A stretch of DNA of 64,000 nucleotides from a virus. Lineage: Duplodnaviria; Caudoviricetes. The first letter of the stretch is position 1; each line of letters begins with the position of its first letter. The position numbers and the translations under genes were made by a program. Where the stretch lies: IMG/VR virus record IMGVR_UViG_3300028591_000081, positions 128,001 through 192,000 of that record; one strand, given 5' to 3'. Below the pieces are notes generated by a model. The model ran no database searches, was not told where the DNA came from, and saw only the letters and a program-made list of their open reading frames with translations. Shown in pieces: positions 7,388 to 14,127 of this stretch.

Positions 7388-10036
7388 TTATATGTATTTC
7401 TTCTTGATACCAAGCGGAAGTCTGGCTTCAAGAGTTCGGTTTTCAGGCACCTCTTTCAGGTTTGCACTCACCTTGTAGAGCATCGTCGTCAGGGCATCCG
7501 CATCGTCGATATTCGTGACACCGGCTTGGTCAACAATCCTTCTTGCCGCCTTTCTGTCTAAGTAGTCCAGACCGTCCATATATTCCACAAAGTCTTTTTT
7601 GGACTTGACGGCTTTTCCACTCGGCAATGTGAATTGGGCTTTGTTGTTCTTGAGAATCGTCTGAATGCTCGGCCAGTACATGTCTGTGACATCATTGATG
7701 TTTGAAGCACCAGAAGATTTGATCTTACCACCGATAACCGTTCGGCCAATAGGATTGTCAAAGCGGCTCGGATCAAACTCACGGAGCTGTTCCGTAGGAC
7801 TCTTACCCTGAACATAATCCGAGGAGCTGGCCAGAGGAATGATACTACGGTTGCCAGCTTTCGTGGACAGCTCCACCTTGTCCCCGATCTCCGACAGATT
7901 CTTGTACGATGCCTGAAGAGCTTCAGCAAGGAACCCGCTCCACGTAGAAGCAATGGACTCAAGCTGGTTTACGGCGGTTGCATCGTCTTCAGGTTTTCCT
8001 GTGATAGTGATGGATTGATTCTCAAGCGAATCGTTCATCTTCTTGATACAGGCCAGCACCTTTCCGTCAACAGTTTCTTCGTCTTTTTCAGATTTCTGCG
8101 TATCCACATTGCGGACGGCCTGAAGAACATCGCGGGTAGTAAGGGGCTTGATTTCCTTTCCGATGCAGTCTTTCTTTCGAAGGAATGCATAATGAATGTC
8201 GGCTTCCCCAGTAATTACTCGCTTATCGTCTTCATCTTTGTATCCGATAGGCGCATGAACCGTGAGGGTTTTCCACAGATTGAGACTTTCAGCTCCCGGT
8301 ACCGTTGCCGTCATGTTCAGCTCGGTATCGTTCTGGGTCAGTGTAATGACGAATCCGGTATTGAAGTCACTCTTGTAGCCTTCCTGATTGATCTCTCGGC
8401 CAATCACGCGAATGCTGTTGGAGTATGGACGCATAATGAACGCTTCGTTGTAGTCAAACACTTCACGAAGGACGTTAAACGCATGACGAACAAGATGCGA
8501 ATCAATGTCCTTGGCACCCGCTTTCTTGATGTCGTCTTTGTCGATTTCACGTTCCGACACATCTCCAACCAGAGCCTGAATCTGAGTCTTTACGGCCTTT
8601 GCAAATTCTTCACGGTCCTTCGTAATTACGATATTCAGCTTCGAGTATTCCTGACTGGTTTTATTGAACAGGCGCATGAGACGTTTTACCGTAACGGCAC
8701 CAATCTTCGGATTGCTGATGGTGATTTCCCCAATCGTGCTGGGCTGGTACAGGTCTGTGTCACGATCTAGGTCACGGCTGAGCTGTTCCCCACGCCCGCA
8801 GTAAAGAAGACGGATCAACGAATCGCTGGAATCAATGCCGAGAATCGGAGGCGTGAGGTTGTCGCCACGAGTCTTGACATCCGTCTCCAGAAGAGAACGG
8901 AGCTTGGCCTCGCTCATCAGCATGAGCTTGATGGAGTTGGCCACTTCATCGAACGTACTACGACTGGTAAACAGGGCTTCTGCGTCACCTGTGTTCTCCC
9001 CTGCATAGTGTTTGGAATCACTGATAAGGCTACCAAAGCACTCCGCACCAACGATGAACAAATCGTTCTTTTCGGTGATGGGGTCAAATGTATCACTTTC
9101 GGATTTCGTATGCCCGACGGCCTGAATGACAAAGGCCAGTGAGTGGGTATCTTCGGTGCAGTTCGCGCACTGATAGTCCTGACCTCTCCACTGCTGTAAC
9201 AAGGTGGACACTCGCCGTTTCATGTCATCGGACAGTTCCGTAACCGAAACGAACTCTTCTTCAGGATGCTTTACCAGACCTTCCACGGTGTCGATAATGA
9301 GGGATCCCGGCAGTACACAAACAAGTTTGTACTTACGGTCAAAAAAGGCTTTGAGTTCTTCGAGGTCATCCCCATTAGGATATCGAGGGTCGTTTGCAGA
9401 GAATGCCGAATAGGTTTCTGCAACACCGTCATCCGTGATGTTGGTAAATGTCTGGCGCAGGGACGCGGCATCGTACTTGAGAAGTTCGTCGAGCTTCTTG
9501 TCGATATCAGTGATCTTGGTTGCGGCACTGTTCAACAGAGCTTGGTTTTTGGTAGGATCCAGAAGATCATTCCCGGTTCGGATTTGAGACCCAGTGTAAA
9601 ATTGACCCAACTCCGATTCCGAAGACAAAGCCGTCTCGATAGCCTGAATGACTTTGTTGATGGCCTTCTCAAAAGTCGCGTCCGGCTTCAGAGCAAGGAT
9701 ATAGCGTAACTGATTCAAGGTCTCAGGGAGGTCTTCATTGTAGGCACGGTCAACAAGGTCTCCACCGAAGTCACCCTTCTTCAGAGACTTGGCCAAAGCA
9801 GGAAGTAATGAACGCAAGTCCTTCATCTTCTTCTTGGCGACGGTAAATTCAGAAGCGGCATCCTTGATGTCTTCCGAACCCGTAAGAGACACCTTTCGCT
9901 TCAGGCTGTCCGTCGGAAACAGAAGGTATCCGGCTTTATTTAACAGGGTTCCTGAACGTTTACTTTCGTCTGCCTGATGCATACATGCACCGCAGTTACA
10001 ATGGTGTGTAAGCTGTCGTTTAATCATAGTCATCAC
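7388..10036 (-). CDS. Hypothetical protein, 882 aa, with putative zinc-binding motif
   Basis: Long ORF; CANC...H...VGAEC motif and N-terminal HHCNCGAC. Confidence 0.75.
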   Translation of the reverse strand: MMTMIKRQLTHHCNCGACMHQADESKRSGTLLNKAGYLLFPTDSLKRKVSLTGSEDIKDAASEFTVAKKKMKDLRSLLPALAKSLKKGDFGGDLVDRAYNEDLPETLNQLRYILALKPDATFEKAINKVIQAIETALSSESELGQFYTGSQIRTGNDLLDPTKNQALLNSAATKITDIDKKLDELLKYDAASLRQTFTNITDDGVAETYSAFSANDPRYPNGDDLEELKAFFDRKYKLVCVLPGSLIIDTVEGLVKHPEEEFVSVTELSDDMKRRVSTLLQQWRGQDYQCANCTEDTHSLAFVIQAVGHTKSESDTFDPITEKNDLFIVGAECFGSLISDSKHYAGENTGDAEALFTSRSTFDEVANSIKLMLMSEAKLRSLLETDVKTRGDNLTPPILGIDSSDSLIRLLYCGRGEQLSRDLDRDTDLYQPSTIGEITISNPKIGAVTVKRLMRLFNKTSQEYSKLNIVITKDREEFAKAVKTQIQALVGDVSEREIDKDDIKKAGAKDIDSHLVRHAFNVLREVFDYNEAFIMRPYSNSIRVIGREINQEGYKSDFNTGFVITLTQNDTELNMTATVPGAESLNLWKTLTVHAPIGYKDEDDKRVITGEADIHYAFLRKKDCIGKEIKPLTTRDVLQAVRNVDTQKSEKDEETVDGKVLACIKKMNDSLENQSITITGKPEDDATAVNQLESIASTWSGFLAEALQASYKNLSEIGDKVELSTKAGNRSIIPLASSSDYVQGKSPTEQLREFDPSRFDNPIGRTVIGGKIKSSGASNINDVTDMYWPSIQTILKNNKAQFTLPSGKAVKSKKDFVEYMDGLDYLDRKAARRIVDQAGVTNIDDADALTTMLYKVSANLKEVPENRTLEARLPLGIKKKYI

Positions 10037-10039
10037 CCT

Positions 10040-10597
10040 CTATTCGTCTGTATGTCCTTTGTCGCTCTCCTCAGATTCGACAACACCTTCACTTTCTTCC
10101 ATCTCCTCTACCTCGCAAGGGATGTCTTCCACACACTCCTGTGACGGTTCGGACGGAGCTTGTTCTTGTTGTGATAGGATAGCGTCAAGTGGAGACTTTT
10201 TGTTGTGGTCTCGTCTATCCCTACATTTGTCTTTTCCCTGCTTCAAATCAGCAGGAGAATCCCCTAAACCCATGTGAATAACCGAATCGCCTTTCTTCAG
10301 GGTGATACCCGCACGGCCAATCCATCCTTTGGACAGCCATTTTTCCAGACTGATGAAGACCACATATAAGACCGACATCAGCAAACATCCAAACAAGACC
10401 AGATGCCTGTTCTGGTCCGAAAGCTCTTGGAAGTCAATGACACAGCCGACTCCGAGAGCAAGAAAGATAACCACGATACTCCAGCGGGTGGATATCGTAT
10501 CGGAAAAACGTTTGATGGAGTCCAGCATCGGTAATGCGAGGGCAAAAATCAAGATGATGGCTCCGGCGATGATGATAGCTAAGTTGGGCGTTACCAT
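10040..10597 (-). CDS. Membrane protein with 3 predicted TM helices (possible holin)
   Basis: Three hydrophobic stretches followed by a charged/acidic tail; AGGAG RBS. Confidence 0.6.
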   Translation of the reverse strand: MVTPNLAIIIAGAIILIFALALPMLDSIKRFSDTISTRWSIVVIFLALGVGCVIDFQELSDQNRHLVLFGCLLMSVLYVVFISLEKWLSKGWIGRAGITLKKGDSVIHMGLGDSPADLKQGKDKCRDRRDHNKKSPLDAILSQQEQAPSEPSQECVEDIPCEVEEMEESEGVVESEESDKGHTDE

Positions 10598-10695
10598 TTC
10601 AACAGCTCCTATATTCTCATGCGAAATGCAAAAACGTTCAAATTCGTGGGTACCAGAGGTCAGTACTCCTTTGTCTTTGATACAAATTTTTGTTG

Positions 10696-10734
10696 TGGTG
10701 CTGAGAACCGAAGGTAAGAAATTTCGTGGTATAA
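10696..10734 (+). promoter_or_regulatory. Phage promoter motif TGGTGCTGA-N22-TGGTATAA
   Basis: Recurrent motif, upstream of small ORFs/dut/tRNA cluster. Confidence 0.75.
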
Positions 10735-10779
10735 GCCGTAAATGCAGAACGGTTCTGCCCTTTTCTCGGAGAGACTTTT

Positions 10780-11001
10780 ATGATTACCGTCGAAATTTAC
10801 AGTGGCCCGCGCTATGTGTGCAAGGATGTGAGGACTGTTGAAGAAGCACGCCAGATTCGTGATGAATACAAGGCTGAACGGGATCAGGAGTCTTCGAAGG
10901 ATCCAAGTCTGTGGAGCCGTTGGAACTGTGTGTGTTATGACAAAAAGACCGTTCGATTTGACCGTTACGGGAGCATAACGAATGGAGAAATCGCGTTATG
11001 A
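10780..11001 (+). CDS. Hypothetical protein, 73 aa
   Basis: GGAGA RBS, directly downstream of promoter motif. Confidence 0.65.
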   Translation: MITVEIYSGPRYVCKDVRTVEEARQIRDEYKAERDQESSKDPSLWSRWNCVCYDKKTVRFDRYGSITNGEIAL

Positions 11002-11043
11002 GAACTGCGGATGCTACGCAGGCTGGATTGAGGAGAAATAACA

Positions 11044-11325
11044 ATGGAAAGCACAACAAAACTTTGGAAAGTTGTTGTCGAGATTTCTCATGCTCAAAGC
11101 GATGGGAACGGGGAATCTCGCAGAGAGACAAAGACTCGCTATTTCGATGACTTCGAAAGTGCTGAATACTTTGCTGATCGCGGAGATATTGGGCCAAACA
11201 ACTTTTTCGCGCAGGTCGTATCTCGTCAAATCTATGAGTATGACATCCGGTCAGTGAGACAGATGGAATACAAAAAGCATGAAGTGGAAACTCATGTCAC
11301 TAAAACTAAATGGGTTTGGGAGTAG
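11044..11325 (+). CDS. Hypothetical protein, 93 aa
   Basis: GAGGAG RBS. Confidence 0.7.
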   Translation: MESTTKLWKVVVEISHAQSDGNGESRRETKTRYFDDFESAEYFADRGDIGPNNFFAQVVSRQIYEYDIRSVRQMEYKKHEVETHVTKTKWVWE

Positions 11326-11784
11326 GTGAGTATGGTTAGTATAGGAATCCGACTGCTGAGGGATGAGGCAAAAATGCCAAAACAAGCCACCCCTGAATCC
11401 GCCGGGGCAGACCTGTGTGCTTCAGAATCCCTGACCCTCTATCCTAGCGAGATTCGATTGGTACATACCGGACTTCAGATGGACATTCCAAAAGGGTACC
11501 ACATTGAGGTGCGATCCAGAAGCGGTCTTGCCTTGAAAGCAGGTATATTTGTACTGAACAGCCCCGGCACAGTAGATTCAGATTATACGGGAGAGATCGG
11601 GGTAATCTTATGCAATGCCGGAAAGGAACCTTTCCATATCTACGATGGAGATCGCATAGCTCAGATGGTGGTTATTCATCACGAGGTTCCGTCATTCACC
11701 CTTGTGAATGAAATCCAAAAAGATACTGAGCGGGGTTCTGGAGGTTTCGGCCACACAGGGATTCAGACAAAAATTGATCCTTGA
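11326..11784 (+). CDS. dut: dUTPase (trimeric family)
   Basis: Motifs AGADL, RSGLA, GTVDSDYTGEI, GDRIAQMV, RGSGGFGHTG. Confidence 0.97.
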   Translation: MSMVSIGIRLLRDEAKMPKQATPESAGADLCASESLTLYPSEIRLVHTGLQMDIPKGYHIEVRSRSGLALKAGIFVLNSPGTVDSDYTGEIGVILCNAGKEPFHIYDGDRIAQMVVIHHEVPSFTLVNEIQKDTERGSGGFGHTGIQTKIDP

Positions 11785-11809
11785 TCAAAATCTCTAATAA
11801 AGGTACACA

Positions 11810-11837
11810 ATCATTTTGCGGACATCCGCAAAATGAT
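11810..11837. repeat. Perfect 13-bp inverted repeat immediately before the tRNA cluster
   Basis: ATCATTTTGCGGA-CA-TCCGCAAAATGAT. Confidence 0.8.
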
Positions 11838-11839
11838 GC

Positions 11840-11924
11840 GGTCAGGTGCGTCGAATGGCTGAAGACAGCGGACTGTAAATCCGTGACATAAGAAACGTTG
11901 GAGGTTCGAGTCCTCCCCTGACCA
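11840..11924 (+). tRNA. tRNA-Tyr(GTA)
   Basis: Acceptor GGTCAGG/CCTGACC, anticodon arm GCGGA-CTGTAAA-TCCGT, long variable arm, GGAGG-TTCGAGT-CCTCC. Confidence 0.92.
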
Positions 11925-12071
11925 TGACAAGTCATCGCTACGAAGAGCGAGTTGTGAGAGTAAAGACTGAAACGATCTAGTAAGTGTACATAGCTAGAGA
12001 GTGGAGGGATTAGGGTAGCAAACGTAGAGCCTGAAAAAGCCCTAACGTATGGTAATGGGGATGACTTGTTA
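11925..12071 (+). ncRNA. Candidate structured ncRNA (~147 nt) within tRNA cluster
   Basis: 12-bp closing stem TGACAAGTCATC/GATGACTTGTTA enclosing CGCT/AGCG, CTAG/CTAG and TTAGGG/CCCTAA stems. Confidence 0.55.
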
Positions 12072-12073
12072 TT

Positions 12074-12136
12074 GGCGGTGTAGCTCAGTAGTTTAGAGCG
12101 CATTCGAGGTCGTTGGTGCAAATCCAATCACCGCCT
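12074..12136 (+). ncRNA. tRNA-like RNA lacking the anticodon arm
   Basis: Acceptor GGCGGTG/CACCGCC, D arm GCTC/GAGC, T arm GTTGG-TGCAAAT-CCAAT; only GCATTCGAGGTC between D and T arms. Confidence 0.7.
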
Positions 12137-12141
12137 TTTTT

Positions 12142-12230
12142 GCCATGTCCGTCTGTTAGGTGTTGCAGACGCTCACAGGAATGGGTAGCTCCTCTGTTGA
12201 GAGAATCAGGTTCGAGTCCTGAACATGGCA
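12142..12230 (+). ncRNA. tRNA-like RNA with extended (~30 nt) anticodon arm
   Basis: Acceptor GCCATGT/ACATGGC, D arm GTCTG/CAGAC, T arm TCAGG-TTCGAGT-CCTGA; arm CTCACAGGA-ATGGGTAGC-TCCTCTGTTGAG. Confidence 0.7.
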
Positions 12231-12239
12231 TTTCTCTGG

Positions 12240-12376
12240 TACGGCAGAGAGACGTTGCGTGGAAGGCGAGCATCGAGAATTCTCGCTTCGGGCAGTCTGG
12301 CCATTCGTGGAACTTGGATCCACTACGATTGGTCGCAGGTCTGTATCAAAGCGTGAGGTGCCGTAATACTTCATGC
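12240..12376 (+). ncRNA. Candidate pseudoknotted ncRNA
   Basis: 5' TACGGC complementary to loop GCCGTA of 3' hairpin GCGTGAGGT/ACTTCATGC; internal hairpins GCGAG/CTCGC and GGCCATTCGT/ACGATTGGTC. Confidence 0.5.
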
Positions 12377-12383
12377 TTTTTTT

Positions 12384-12472
12384 GCGGGTGTGCAGAAATC
12401 GGCAAACTGCGCGGTCTCAAAAACCGTCGGTGGGTAAAGCCCCACTTGTGAGTTCGAGTCTCACCACCCGCA
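12384..12472 (+). tRNA. tRNA-Leu(CAA)
   Basis: Acceptor GCGGGTG/CACCCGC, GCGGT-CTCAAAA-ACCGT, long variable arm, GTGAG-TTCGAGT-CTCAC. Confidence 0.9.
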
Positions 12473-12475
12473 TTT

Positions 12476-12559
12476 GCCAGCGTGACGGAATTGGTAGACG
12501 TGGCCGCCTCAGAAGCGGTTGTCCTTGTGACGTTGATGGTTCGAGTCCATCCGCTGGCA
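12476..12559 (+). tRNA. tRNA-Leu(CAG)
   Basis: Acceptor GCCAGCG/CGCTGGC, GCCGC-CTCAGAA-GCGGT, GATGG-TTCGAGT-CCATC. Confidence 0.92.
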
Positions 12560-12582
12560 TTTCTTAACTGACCTTATTCTGC

Positions 12583-12622
12583 AAAGGCGCATGATCATTC
12601 TACTTCATGCGCCTTTTGTTTT
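12583..12622 (+). terminator. Terminator after tRNA cluster
   Basis: AAAGGCGCATGA/TCATGCGCCTTT followed by T-rich tract. Confidence 0.7.
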
Positions 12623-12626
12623 GTTG

Positions 12627-12665
12627 TGGTGCTGATGGACGGGCTGGCGTCTTTTCGTGATATAA
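12627..12665 (+). promoter_or_regulatory. Phage promoter motif TGGTGCTGA-N22-TGATATAA
   Basis: Recurrent motif. Confidence 0.75.
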
Positions 12666-12739
12666 GAATCATCAGACAGGGGATGTGGACGGAACAGTTA
12701 CTGTCTTACGTAAGTACTACGAGGCAACTGGAGGGAAGG

Positions 12740-13012
12740 ATGGCATCACGATTTTACTACACCGGTTTGAACGAGATAGGACTGCTTGATCGCGAGCGGA
12801 GCGAATATCCTAGATTTCAAGTCTTTAAGGACGGAAAGCTCGTGTACCAACTGTACACGAACCGACACTTTGAGGGAATTTACATGCCGTCAAAGTCTGG
12901 GGATATGATCGAAATCTCAAGAGGACTTCGACTCCCACAGACCAGAGAAGGTGTTATCCGCTTCCTTCGTAAACGGGCAAAGACAGAACTGGAAAGTCAG
13001 TCCAAAAAATAA
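12740..13012 (+). CDS. Hypothetical protein, 90 aa
   Basis: GGAGG RBS before ATG 12740. Confidence 0.7.
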   Translation: MASRFYYTGLNEIGLLDRERSEYPRFQVFKDGKLVYQLYTNRHFEGIYMPSKSGDMIEISRGLRLPQTREGVIRFLRKRAKTELESQSKK

Positions 13013-13035
13013 CGTCCGTAGAGGCCTCTATTTTG

Positions 13036-13296
13036 CTCTGTACGCGATTTTTTGAGTTGGGCGTATGATTTATCGTCCTGACTAAAAATCGCGTACAGAG
13101 AGGCGATTTTTGACAACTCTACCGATGTTTGTCTTTGCATGGACAACCACCACATACATGGAAAGATGTCACTTAGGCACGCCTGTGTCACGATTTAGAC
13201 GATCTTAGACGAAGTTTAGACATTGGAGAGGAGCGAAACCGCGTCATTCCTCACTCTTACCGAACACAATTTAGACGCGCTTTAGACGAGTTAGAC
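13036..13296. repeat. 17-bp inverted repeat plus six phased TTAGAC direct repeats (origin/operator-like)
   Basis: CTCTGTACGCGATTTTT 13036-13052 / AAAAATCGCGTACAGAG 13084-13100; TTAGAC at 13195, 13205, 13216, 13271, 13282, 13291. Confidence 0.75.
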
Positions 13297-13299
13297 GAC

Positions 13300-14034
13300 A
13301 TGAATCCACTAAAAATCTGCGCCATCTCAGATACGCATGGGAATCCTTTTGAAGTACCTCCTTGTGATGTGTTTTGTCATTGTGGGGATTGGTCTCCTCT
13401 GGAAATTCAGGACGACTTTTGCCGAATGCAGGACTGGCTGGAAAAGTTCATAATGCATCTCTGTCTGCTTCCTTGTAAGCATGTCGTCCTTATTGCAGGG
13501 AACCACGATCTGTGCATGGAATCCATGATGCTGTGTCACGCCTTCACAGATATGCAGTACCGTCTAGGACTTACCACAACCGTCATAGAGGACGGATACC
13601 CCAAGCATATCGCCAAAGTGCATTATCTGAATCAAGATTCGGTCATACTGGATGGAGTGAAGTTTTGGGGTTCACCTGTCACGCGACAAGTGAATCGGTA
13701 CATCAAGCGGTGGGCCTTTGAGACCAACTCTCCGAGCTATGAAATTCCTGCGGATGCCGACATTCTATTGACTCATCAACCCCCTTCATGCAATGGACTT
13801 GGAAATACTTACTGGAAACAAAGCATCCCTAGTAAGCGGTTTGGTTCCGACGAGCTGAGAGAGGCTGTATGGAGTTCTCATGCCAAATTGCTTCTATGCG
13901 GACATATCCACACAGGCAACCATAAACTGACCACGCTGAACAATGTGGCCAAAACCAAAGCGTGTAACGTGTCCATGCTGGATGAACAATATGAGGTTCG
14001 GTACCCGGTGGCAGAGTTCAATCTGGAAGTTTAA
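13300..14034 (+). CDS. Calcineurin-like metallophosphoesterase
   Basis: Motifs ISDTH, HCGD, AGNHD, LLTHQPP, CGHIH. Confidence 0.93.
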   Translation: MNPLKICAISDTHGNPFEVPPCDVFCHCGDWSPLEIQDDFCRMQDWLEKFIMHLCLLPCKHVVLIAGNHDLCMESMMLCHAFTDMQYRLGLTTTVIEDGYPKHIAKVHYLNQDSVILDGVKFWGSPVTRQVNRYIKRWAFETNSPSYEIPADADILLTHQPPSCNGLGNTYWKQSIPSKRFGSDELREAVWSSHAKLLLCGHIHTGNHKLTTLNNVAKTKACNVSMLDEQYEVRYPVAEFNLEV

Positions 14035-14049
14035 GTTTCATCCAAAAAT

Positions 14050-14099
14050 AAATCCCCGCCTAAGTACCATAGAAAATTCAGTGCTCATGCGGGGATTTT
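14050..14099. terminator. Hairpin between convergent genes (probable bidirectional terminator)
   Basis: AAATCCCCGC/GCGGGGATTT. Confidence 0.55.
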
Positions 14100-14127
14100 A
14101 AGTTGCTGGTAAGTTTCACGTCACGTC

